From: Gemmatimonadota bacterium
Lineage (GTDB): Bacteria > Gemmatimonadota > Gemmatimonadetes > Gemmatimonadales > GWC2-71-9
Direction: 5' to 3'
DNA length: 43,550 nucleotides
NCBI GenBank assembly: GCA_003220985.1
Contig: QHTY01000150.1
Coordinates: forward strand, 1-43,550
Shown here: piece after piece, positions 17,214-25,613 of the stretch
How positions within the stretch are numbered: the stretch's first letter is position 1
Layout: each line of letters opens with the position of its first letter
Translations under genes and position numbers: made by a program
Notes under the pieces: generated by a model
What the model saw: the letters and a program-made list of their open reading frames with translations, nothing else
Told to the model about the DNA's origin: nothing
Database searches by the model: none

Positions 17214-19445
17214 CTACGGTGCGTACAGGGCGCGGTACAACTCGCGATTCCGTAACAGGCTGCGGACGTAGCCGCGCGTTTCCGGATACGGAATCAGCTC
17301 GATAAAGCGATCCGGATCGTCGGCCCCGGCGCGGTCGAGCCAGCGGCGCACCGGAACCGGGCCGGCGTTGTACGCCGCGATCGCCGCATCCACCCGACCG
17401 AACCGCCTGAGCAGCTCGGCGAGATGCGCCGCGCCCAAGTGCAGGTTGAGATCGGGCACCGTGATCCACTCCGGGTAGAACGTGACGTCCAAGCCGCGCG
17501 CCATCAGCGACGCCGTACTCGGCAAGAGTTGGGCGAGTCCCCGCGCCCCGGCCGGCGACAGCGCCTGGACGTCGAACACGCTCTCTTGTCGGACGAGGGC
17601 CGCGAGCAACAGCGCGTCCACGCCGAACTCCTGCGCTTCGGCTTCGACGGCGGCGCGGTTCGGCCACGGGAAGATCGCGCGCAGCACACGCACATCACCC
17701 GGGGCGAGCAGCGCGGCCTGCCACCCGAGCCGGACGCCGGCCGAGCCGTAACCACGCAATCCCAGGCCCTCGCTCCAGGCGAGCAACGCGTCGAGATCGG
17801 TGGGTGGATGCGCGAGCACGACGCGGACTTCGGCTTGGGCTTCGCTGTCGAGCCCGGCTAGAAGCAACGTGTCAATGCGCGATAACCCGGAGAGCACGGC
17901 CGGTGGCGCGGTCGACGACCCCGCCAGCCGCGCGAACGCGAGCGGCGGCAGGCCCGTCTCGCGGCGCGCGCGCATGCCGTAATACCCGACCGAGTCCTCG
18001 CGCGCCAGCGCGACCCAAATCGCGCGCGCCTTCGTCGAGTCACCGCGTGCCTCCGCCATCTTGCCGAGCCAGAAGCGCGCCGCGGTGCGCTGCGGCCCGG
18101 TCGCATCGATTTCCGCTTGATACAGGGCGGCGGCGCTGTCGGGGCGGCCCGTACTCTCGGCGCGGGCCGCCAGCCGGAAGCGCGCGAGCGACGCGCGTGG
18201 GTCGGCCGGATAGCGGCTGATCAGCTCGCCGTACCACCGGCCGGCCTGCGGCCAGTCGTCGCGACTCTCGTGCAGATCGCCCAGGATGTAGAGCGCGCCG
18301 GGCGCGGCGGAATCGGCGGGGTACGCTCGAGCGAATCCCGCCAGCGAGGCGACCGCCGTCGAGTCGCTCAGGCGAACGAGCACGCGGGCGCGGCGGTAGA
18401 GCGCCAGCGGGCGACTCGCGGAGTCGCGAGCGGCGGCGGCATAGGCGCGCACCGCTTCGCGCAGGCGACCGGACGCTACGAGCAGCTCGCCATACAGAAA
18501 AAGGGTCGTCGCACTCGAGTCGCCGGACCGCAGGGCGTGTTCGACGTGGATGCGCGCATCGCGCGTCGTGGTGCGCCGATTCAGGGCGCGCGCCAGGGCG
18601 ACATGTTCGGCAGCGGCCCGCGGGGGCAGCGGGCCGAGTGCCAGGCTCACGCCGGCGGCCGCGTCATCACTCAGCGGATCGCGCGCCAGCAGGGCGTAGA
18701 GCAGCGTTCGGGCGCGCGTCGAATCGCCCCTCGCCACAGCCAGCCGCGTCGCGTCGAGCGCCCCTCCCTTCCCTGCCGCGGCGAAGGCGTCGATCGCGCG
18801 GGTCGTATCACCGGCGAGCAGCAGCGAGCGCGCCCGCGCTACTGGCACCTCGCGCACGGCGGGCGGCGGCAGGTCGGTGAGCAGCTGAGCCGCGGCCGCC
18901 GTCTGACGCACCCGCAGCCACGGGTCGATGCTCGCGAGCTTGCTTCCCGCGCGCGCGGCGGCAAAGGCGGCCGCGGCGCTGTCGGCCTGACCGGCAGCGT
19001 CGAAGGCGAGGGCCGCGCGCACCGCGAGCACCGGCACACGCGCGCTGGGCGCACGCGCCCGGGCCATTTGAAAATGCGTCGCGGCGTCGGGGTATCGCCC
19101 GGTGCCGTACTCGGCCTGCGCCAGCACGGCGAGCGCCTCCCCGTCGAGATAGTCGAGCAGCCACGGCTGCCCCGCCAACAACTGCCGGGCGTGCTCGTAG
19201 CGGCGGGCGTGGACTTCCGCCTTGGCGCCTTCGACGATCAAGAATGCGTTGGGATTGGGATCGCGACGCGCCGCGGCGAGCAGCGTCTCGGCCGCGTGCC
19301 AGGGACGGCCCGACAAGCGCAGCGAATCAGCGCGAAACGTCGCGGTGTGTTCCGGCGGGGCGACATCCTGGCCCCAGCACCTCCCCGCCGGCGCCAGCAC
19401 CAGGTCCCCCGCCAGCGCCGCAAGCCAAAAGGCGCGTCGCTTCAC
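17214..19445 (-). CDS. lytic transglycosylase domain protein (Slt70-like: superhelical repeat N-terminus plus SLT catalytic domain)
   Basis: C-terminal LVRQESVFD (catalytic Glu), GLAQLLPSTA, AAIAAYNAGP. Start placed at GTG 19445..19443, which overlaps the upstream stop as GTGA and gives a signal-like VKRRAFWLAALAGDLVLAPAG. The track start at 19574 lies inside the upstream gene. Confidence 0.9.
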   Translation of the reverse strand: MKRRAFWLAALAGDLVLAPAGRCWGQDVAPPEHTATFRADSLRLSGRPWHAAETLLAAARRDPNPNAFLIVEGAKAEVHARRYEHARQLLAGQPWLLDYLDGEALAVLAQAEYGTGRYPDAATHFQMARARAPSARVPVLAVRAALAFDAAGQADSAAAAFAAARAGSKLASIDPWLRVRQTAAAAQLLTDLPPPAVREVPVARARSLLLAGDTTRAIDAFAAAGKGGALDATRLAVARGDSTRARTLLYALLARDPLSDDAAAGVSLALGPLPPRAAAEHVALARALNRRTTTRDARIHVEHALRSGDSSATTLFLYGELLVASGRLREAVRAYAAAARDSASRPLALYRRARVLVRLSDSTAVASLAGFARAYPADSAAPGALYILGDLHESRDDWPQAGRWYGELISRYPADPRASLARFRLAARAESTGRPDSAAALYQAEIDATGPQRTAARFWLGKMAEARGDSTKARAIWVALAREDSVGYYGMRARRETGLPPLAFARLAGSSTAPPAVLSGLSRIDTLLLAGLDSEAQAEVRVVLAHPPTDLDALLAWSEGLGLRGYGSAGVRLGWQAALLAPGDVRVLRAIFPWPNRAAVEAEAQEFGVDALLLAALVRQESVFDVQALSPAGARGLAQLLPSTASLMARGLDVTFYPEWITVPDLNLHLGAAHLAELLRRFGRVDAAIAAYNAGPVPVRRWLDRAGADDPDRFIELIPYPETRGYVRSLLRNRELYRALYAP

Positions 19446-20836
19446 CTGCCCGCTTGCCTCAAGCGCGCCAGGACTCGCTGATATTCCGCGCGGGATCCGG
19501 GCGTCAGCCGATACCGGCTGAAGCCAGTCTGATCCTGGAAATACAGTACGAGGCGATGCGCTGCGTACGTCCAACGCAGCAGCCGCATACCGTTCCGGTC
19601 CATGCCGCTCGCGAGATCGGTCATCTCATCGGGTTCGCCGAGCGTGATAAACACTTCGCCGCGCTCGGTCAGCCATCCAGGCTCGCCCTCGTCGGGAAAT
19701 CGAATGTTCGCCTGCTGCACGCGCCGGAAATAATCGTCGATCGCCTCGTTTTCCGGCGTCAGGGGGATCGGATCGGTGGCCTTCCAGAACTGCCGCCAGA
19801 CGTCGGGACGACGGTCTGCCGGCGAGCGGCGCAGCGAGTCGACCCAATCCTGGCGGTCGAAATAGCGGAGCAAGCTCATCATCTCTTCGAAGTTGGTGAT
19901 GACCCATTGACTGGAGAAGCTTACCAAGAAACGGGTGCGTGCCGTATCCCCGGTCACGTTTGCGCGGGGCACGACCTGCAGCTCGGCTTGCCCCACCGGA
20001 AGATTGGCGGGGACGATGACTACGGTGGCCGACGCGAGGCCGGTATCCCCGTGCAGGCGAATGGAGTCGCGCCACAACTCGTGATTGGCTGCATCCACGA
20101 CCCGTGCCAGCATGGTCGCGGGAGGCGCGCCGTAGCGCTCGACATAGAAGCGCATCGAATCGGGACCGTACGGCAAGGTGGCGCGCGGGTTGGCGACCAA
20201 TCTCGGAACGTCGCCACGTCGGGACCGGCCGGCCGCCGTATAGACGGCGATCGGTTTCGCCGTGGCAGGCGACGCAAAGCGCGGCGCCGTATCGGCTCGC
20301 TCGGCGCGGGCGTAGGCGGGACCGTTGCGGTCCCGCACCATCGCCATCACGTAATAGGGGCCCGGCGGCAGGGTCAGGAACTGCTGGAAGATCACGCTCT
20401 CGTCGCTGCGGAGCGTCTCCTGGAAGTTGCGGACGCGCACCTGCTCGTCGCTGCCGATCTGCCGCACCGGCACGCGACTGGTGCTGTCGGTCCGGAACGA
20501 TGCCTCGACGTGGTACTCCGCGATGAACTCGACGCCGCGGCGCTGAAACGTCAACGTCTGATTGGTGAGCGACACCGAGAACAGCGCGAGCGTGGAGTCG
20601 GGCGACGGACCGGCGAGATAGCGCACCGAGGCGATGAACGGCAAACCGCCGCCGCCCACGAGCGCGCCCATCGAGCGGTAGACGGATGACGCGTCGAACA
20701 AGCGCGGCAAGGACGGTCCCCGTTGCGGCGCTGCGCCCGGCGTGCCGGAGGTGGGGGGCTGCAGCCGGCAACCGCCGGACAGAACGGCGATCGCCAGCAG
20801 TGTACCCGTCACCCGCGTGCCCACACGTCGTATCAC
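19442..20836 (-). CDS. GWxTD domain-containing lipoprotein
   Basis: The C-terminal motif GEPGWLTERGEVFITLGEPD is the GWxTD signature. Lipobox LLAIAVLSGGC. Start chosen at GTG 20836, because the track start at 20911 would overlap the divergent kinase start at 20881. Confidence 0.82.
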   Translation of the reverse strand: MIRRVGTRVTGTLLAIAVLSGGCRLQPPTSGTPGAAPQRGPSLPRLFDASSVYRSMGALVGGGGLPFIASVRYLAGPSPDSTLALFSVSLTNQTLTFQRRGVEFIAEYHVEASFRTDSTSRVPVRQIGSDEQVRVRNFQETLRSDESVIFQQFLTLPPGPYYVMAMVRDRNGPAYARAERADTAPRFASPATAKPIAVYTAAGRSRRGDVPRLVANPRATLPYGPDSMRFYVERYGAPPATMLARVVDAANHELWRDSIRLHGDTGLASATVVIVPANLPVGQAELQVVPRANVTGDTARTRFLVSFSSQWVITNFEEMMSLLRYFDRQDWVDSLRRSPADRRPDVWRQFWKATDPIPLTPENEAIDDYFRRVQQANIRFPDEGEPGWLTERGEVFITLGEPDEMTDLASGMDRNGMRLLRWTYAAHRLVLYFQDQTGFSRYRLTPGSRAEYQRVLARLRQAGR

Positions 20837-20880
20837 TTGCCGAGCCTCAAATCCGGACGTTAGTTTCGCGCACAACCCCC

Positions 20881-21788
20881 ATGGCTCTCGAAAACCTGGC
20901 CGGCAGGTCAATCGCCGGCTACCGCCTCCTCGAGCGCGTCGGCGAAGGAGGGACGGCGGAGGTGTACCGCGCCGAGCATCGCGAGCGCGGCGCCTGTGCG
21001 TTCAAGGTATTGCGCGAGCGTCTGAGGGGCGACCCCGTCGTCGTCAAACGCTTCCTACGGGAAGCGGGATACGGGTCGCGCGTCGTGCATCCCGGGGTGG
21101 TCCGCACGTACGAGTTCGGTGAATCCGACGGTCTCTACTATCTCGCGCTGGAGTGGGCCAGCGGCTCGCGGACTTCTTACACCGCGAGGGCCCGCTCACC
21201 GCGGCGGAGGCCATCCCGCTCGTACGCCAGCTGGCCGACGCGCTCACAGCGGCACACGCGGCCGGCATCATCCATCGCGATCTGAAGCCCGAGAATATCA
21301 TGTACGACGCAAGCACGCACAGCGTGAAGCTGCTGGATTTTGGTATCGCGCGGGACGCTGAGCTGCCACCCGAGGAGCGACTGACGCGCACCGGCTTCTT
21401 CGTCGGCACGCTGCAGTACGTCGCGCCCGAGGCGCTGTCGGGCGAGCTCGTCGATGGGCGTGCCGACATCTACAGTCTCGCGAAAATCGCGTACTACATG
21501 CTGACCGGACGACATCCGCACGATGGGCGCAGCCCGCGCGAACTCTTCCAGCAGCTCTTGAGCGGCAAGCCGAAGCCGCTCTCGGAGGCGAGCGACCGCA
21601 AATTCCCGCCGGCGCTCGAGGCGGCCGTGATGAAAGGCCTCGCGCGGCAGCCCGGCGATCGCCAGGCCACGGTGTTGGCGTTCGCCGAGGATCTGGAGGC
21701 GGCACTGGCGGGTGCAAAGCACGGTCCCAAGTCGCGGGGGCTCCTGGGGGCACTGAAAAACATTGTTGGCAAGCGGAACAGTGAATAG
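20881..21788 (+). pseudogene. Hanks-type Ser/Thr protein kinase (kinase domain only), reading frame broken near 21153-21168
   Basis: Frame 1 gives MALENLAGRSIAGYRLLERVGEGGTAEVY...CAFKVL...FLREA...LYYLALEWASG, then nonsense. The +2 frame continues QRLADFLHREGPL...IIHRDLKPENIM...LLDFGIAR...GTLQYVAPE. One kinase domain is split across two track ORFs (20686..21285 and 21153..21788). Confidence 0.7.
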
Positions 21789-22359
21789 TAGTAGCGACTA
21801 CTACTACCTCAAAAACACGCTCAAGGATCTGCTCCTCGCGCGCTCCGTGCAACGCGGCGATTTCGTCCTCGCCTCCGGCCGCCGCTCCTCCTTCTATATC
21901 GATGCGCGGCTCACCACGATGTCCGGCGAAGGACTGGCCGTCGTCGGTGGGCTCGGTCTCGACCGCCTGGCCGCACGCGGCTGGAGCCCGCGTGCCATCG
22001 GCGGCTTGACCCTGGGCGCCGATCCCATTGCCTACGCGCTCGCACTGACCGCCCGGCGGCGTGGGCAGCTGCTCGACGCCTTTACGGTGCGCAAGCAGCC
22101 GAAAGACCATGGCACCGGCCAGCGCATCGAAGGCTGCTTCGCGTCCGGCTACCCCGTCGTCATCGTCGAAGATGTGCTGACAACGGGACGGTCCACCCGC
22201 GAGGCGATCAGCGCCGTCGAAGGCGAGGGCGGCCATGTGCTCGGTGTGCTGGCCGTGATGGATCGCGAAGAAGGCGGACGCGAGGCGATCGAGCGGGCGG
22301 GGTATCTCGTCGAAGCGTTCGTGACGGCGTCCGATCTCGGCCTCAGGATAGGCACGTGA
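21781..22359 (+). CDS. pyrE: orotate phosphoribosyltransferase
   Basis: [26 protein letters not shown]...[18 protein letters not shown] (PRPP-binding loop). Start is GTG 21781 or TTG 21763. Confidence 0.9.
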   Translation: MNSSSDYYYLKNTLKDLLLARSVQRGDFVLASGRRSSFYIDARLTTMSGEGLAVVGGLGLDRLAARGWSPRAIGGLTLGADPIAYALALTARRRGQLLDAFTVRKQPKDHGTGQRIEGCFASGYPVVIVEDVLTTGRSTREAISAVEGEGGHVLGVLAVMDREEGGREAIERAGYLVEAFVTASDLGLRIGT

Positions 22360-24053
22360 GCGAGCCGATTCCTCGCCTGTCGTTCGCCGCGCGCGCGCGC
22401 GGCTGGCACGACGATGCGACGGCGCTCGAGCAGCGCTTCAAGGACCTCGAGACCTTTGAGCGCAGCCATCGCCGGCGCTGGGCCATCGCGGCGGCCCTGT
22501 TCGTCCTCGGCGTCCTCGGGAAACTCGGCGGCGTCACCGACGCGCGCCTCGGCACGATCGTGTTGCTCGCCGGGGGCGGCGCGGTGATCAACGCGATCGT
22601 CGGGTTGATCAACGAGCGCGGCTGGTACCGCTGGTGGTTCATCTATATGCTCCCGCTGCTCGACGTCGTGCTCGTCAATGTGCTCGTCGTCTGGTTCGGG
22701 CACGGCGGCGTGGTCGCGGCGCTGTTCATCGCGGTGCTGCCCTACGCCTTCGATCAGGGACAGGCCGTCGGCGATTTCCTCGTGCTGGTTGGGTCGATCG
22801 CCTATCTGCTCGCGAGCTGGGCACACGGTCGCCTGTATCCCGGCGGGACCGGCCTCGATACGCTCGCGTACCTCGAGACGGGTGTCTTCATCATCGTGGC
22901 GATGGCGCTCAAGCGGATCCCCGCGACGCTCATCCAGCGCATTCGTCGCGCGCGCAGCGTGATGGGCGAAGCAGAGCAGGGGTATCTCGCCGTTCGGGCG
23001 GCCGCCGCCGAAGCCGACGAGCTCGGGTTCCTCGAGAAGAGCTTCAACCGCATGCTCGAAGAGATCGGCACCACGATCTCCTCGGTGCAGCGCGAGGCCG
23101 ACGAAGTCGCGGCATTCGCCGAAGAACTGGCCGCGGCGGCAGAGCAACTGCATGCCACCACCGAGTCGCTCACGCAGACGTCGCAGCGTCTCGCCACCGA
23201 TCTCGGGGCTCAGCGCGGCCTCGCGGACGGGGCGCGGGGCGAAAGCGCCAAGGCGGCCGATCAGGCGGAATCACTCCGCGTGCGCGCAGAGTTGATGCAG
23301 GTCGACGCGTCGCGACTCGTCGGGACGGCGGAGCGGGGGCGCGAGCGGGTCGCCCGCGCGAGCGCGACGCTGCGAGCGGTCGGCGAGGAAGTGCGCGCGA
23401 CGGCGTCGACGGTGGCGGGACTGTCGGGGATGTCGGAACGCATCGGGGTGTTCGCCCAAACCATCGCGCGCATCGCGCGACAGACGCACCTCCTCGCCCT
23501 CAACGCGGCGATCGAGGCGGCGCGCGCGGAGGAGCATGGTGAAGGGTTCGCCGTCGTCGCGGACGAGGTCCGCAGCCTCGCGGCGGAGGCAGGGAAGTCA
23601 GCGCGCGAGGTCGCCGAGCTCGTGAGCGAGCTACGGACGGGCATCGAGGCCGCAGCGCGCGCCATGCAGTCGGGCGAAGCCAAGGTGCGGGACATCGGCG
23701 CGGTCGCGGCGGAGGCCGACGGCGCGCTCCAGGAGCTGCATCAGGGCGTGCAGCTGATGGGCGATCTGGTGAATGCGACCGCAGAGGTATCCCGCAGCCA
23801 GGCGCAGCGTCTCGCCGAGCTGGCACAGTCGTTACAGCAAGTCGCCAGCATCTCGACAGCTTCGTCGGAAAGCGCCAACAGCACCGCGGCCGCCACCGAA
23901 ACGCAGATCACTGCCATGGGCGAACTGACGGCCACGTCGCAACAGCTCGCTCAACTCGCCGAGCGCCTGCGCGCGGGGATGGCGCGGTTCTCGGTGCTGC
24001 GACGCGATCCGGCCACCGCAGAACACCAGATCATCAGACCCGCCGCCGACTAG
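22356..24053 (+). CDS. methyl-accepting chemotaxis protein with a polytopic membrane N-terminus and HAMP-like linker
   Basis: Conserved signalling hairpin [37 protein letters not shown]. The HAMP-like linker is [13 protein letters not shown]. Several N-terminal TM segments and no obvious periplasmic domain. The GTG start overlaps the pyrE stop (GTGA). Confidence 0.9.
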   Translation: MSEPIPRLSFAARARGWHDDATALEQRFKDLETFERSHRRRWAIAAALFVLGVLGKLGGVTDARLGTIVLLAGGGAVINAIVGLINERGWYRWWFIYMLPLLDVVLVNVLVVWFGHGGVVAALFIAVLPYAFDQGQAVGDFLVLVGSIAYLLASWAHGRLYPGGTGLDTLAYLETGVFIIVAMALKRIPATLIQRIRRARSVMGEAEQGYLAVRAAAAEADELGFLEKSFNRMLEEIGTTISSVQREADEVAAFAEELAAAAEQLHATTESLTQTSQRLATDLGAQRGLADGARGESAKAADQAESLRVRAELMQVDASRLVGTAERGRERVARASATLRAVGEEVRATASTVAGLSGMSERIGVFAQTIARIARQTHLLALNAAIEAARAEEHGEGFAVVADEVRSLAAEAGKSAREVAELVSELRTGIEAAARAMQSGEAKVRDIGAVAAEADGALQELHQGVQLMGDLVNATAEVSRSQAQRLAELAQSLQQVASISTASSESANSTAAATETQITAMGELTATSQQLAQLAERLRAGMARFSVLRRDPATAEHQIIRPAAD

Positions 24054-24054
24054 T

Positions 24055-24951
24055 TCACACGCGAAAGCGTGTGTGATCCCGCCGGGAGACCGCTGCGGCG
24101 CTCGGGCCTTGGTCCCACGACCCCGCGTGAAAGGGGTGAAACGCACGCAGGGCCTCCCGGTAGGGGATGATCAAGAGATCGACATACCGCGCCAATGCGA
24201 CCTCAAAGGGAAAGCGACGCCGAAACTCGCCGGCCGTCACGCCGAGGACTGCCCGCAGGTGGCGGCCGAAGCTTTGCGGCGACGAATAGTCCATGCGGTA
24301 GGCCACATCCGACACGGACAAGCCGGGGTTTTGAAACAGGAACGCCGCATGGAGCAGCCGCATACCGGCGAGATAGCTCTTGGGTGATGGCAAGCCGGCG
24401 CGATGAAAGCGGGACATCAACGTGCTGGGCCGGACGCGCAAATGCCGGGCGAGGCCGCGCACCGTGCTGAGCGCCGGCGCAAGTCCCGCGACCGCCTCAA
24501 AGAACAGCCGCGTCTCCTCCGGCGGGCTTGGCTCGAAGGGCTCGCCGAGCGCTGGAATGAGTCGCGCGAGTATCCGCGCCGCGACCGGCGACGCCGGATG
24601 GCCCACGAGGTCGCGTAGGCGGCGCCAGCCGTCGGGCTCGGTGCAATCCACGGCGCTGCGCACCCCGGTCGCGCCGAGCCGCAGCAGCGTTTCGGTCGCC
24701 TCGCGGTCGTGGCGTGACACAAGCGCGACCGCCGGGATGGCGGGGAACTCGCGCACGAACCGCGCAATGCCGGGCAGCGCCTCCCCGTGACAGCGATGGA
24801 CGGAGATGACCATCGCATCGACGCGCCGGCGCCGCGCGACGTAGAGCGCTTCGCGCAGCGAGTCGGCGTGCAAGGTATCGAAGCAGCCGTCTCCCGCCGC
24901 ATCGATGCGCGGGCGCTCGGGGGGCGGAAGAACGGTGCATACGGTCACCAT
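24055..24951 (-). CDS. AraC family transcriptional regulator with N-terminal receiver-like domain
   Basis: C-terminal HTH_18: VRGLARHLRVRPSTLMSRFHRAGLPSPKSYLAGMRLLHAAFLF...VSDVAYRMDYSSPQSFGRHLRAVLGVTAGEFR. The N-terminal about 120 aa have a CheY-like beta/alpha rhythm but no obvious phospho-acceptor Asp (VDAMVISVH). Confidence 0.82.
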   Translation of the reverse strand: MVTVCTVLPPPERPRIDAAGDGCFDTLHADSLREALYVARRRRVDAMVISVHRCHGEALPGIARFVREFPAIPAVALVSRHDREATETLLRLGATGVRSAVDCTEPDGWRRLRDLVGHPASPVAARILARLIPALGEPFEPSPPEETRLFFEAVAGLAPALSTVRGLARHLRVRPSTLMSRFHRAGLPSPKSYLAGMRLLHAAFLFQNPGLSVSDVAYRMDYSSPQSFGRHLRAVLGVTAGEFRRRFPFEVALARYVDLLIIPYREALRAFHPFHAGSWDQGPSAAAVSRRDHTRFRV

Positions 24952-25117
24952 GCGGCCTCATGGTAACCGGAGCGTTTCAACCGCCATTCATCATCAGTGC
25001 CCTGCGGGCGGCGGAGGCACCATCCGAAAAACTCCCAGTTCACCGAATTGCCGCAGCGGGAGCCTTGTGAACGGCTAGGCTGAGTGCGAAGCTAGGCGCG
25101 CGGATGAGAGGATACAC

Positions 25118-25609
25118 ATGACGTCGAGACGATGGCTGATCGGGTTGGCGTCGCTGGTGGTGATGTTGATGATCGCCGGCGCCGTGAGCTTCGTGCGCTA
25201 CGCCCGTCTGCATGCCCTCCAGCCGACGCTGGTGGCAGTCGCCCCGTTCGACATCCTCGTCGCCGGCCTGGAGCCGTGGCGGGTGCGTCTCGCGCAGGAA
25301 TTGACCGCGCGGCTCGACAGCACGCCGCCGCTCACCGCGGTGTCGCAGGACGTGGTGCGCGAGCGCTGGCGCGGGCAAGCGCGGCCGGAGCTCGCGGCCC
25401 TCGACCTGGCGCGTCGCACCAGCGCGGGCGTCGGGATCTATGGGCGCCTGGATCCATTTGCGGGTCGCGATTCGGTGCTCGTGAGGGTGATCCTGATCGA
25501 TGCGGGCACCGGGCGTGTGCGGACCGTCACGAACGTCCCCTGGCCCCGTGCTCGGCTTCCGGCCCTCGCCACGGCGCTCGCCCAGCAGGTGCGTGAGAAC
25601 TATCGTTAA
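25118..25609 (+). CDS. hypothetical single-pass membrane protein, homologous to the juxtamembrane extracytoplasmic domain of the downstream kinase
   Basis: TM WLIGLASLVVMLMIAGAV. The segment LVAVAPFDILVAG...LAQELTARLDS...AGVGIYGRLD...VLVRVILIDAGTGRV parallels RVAVLYFNDAS...LADGVTESLIDQLSA...AGTLVEGEVE...ARVTIRLVDGASGADV in 25614..28088. RBS GAGAGGA. Confidence 0.6.
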   Translation: MTSRRWLIGLASLVVMLMIAGAVSFVRYARLHALQPTLVAVAPFDILVAGLEPWRVRLAQELTARLDSTPPLTAVSQDVVRERWRGQARPELAALDLARRTSAGVGIYGRLDPFAGRDSVLVRVILIDAGTGRVRTVTNVPWPRARLPALATALAQQVRENYR

Positions 25610-25613
25610 GCAC

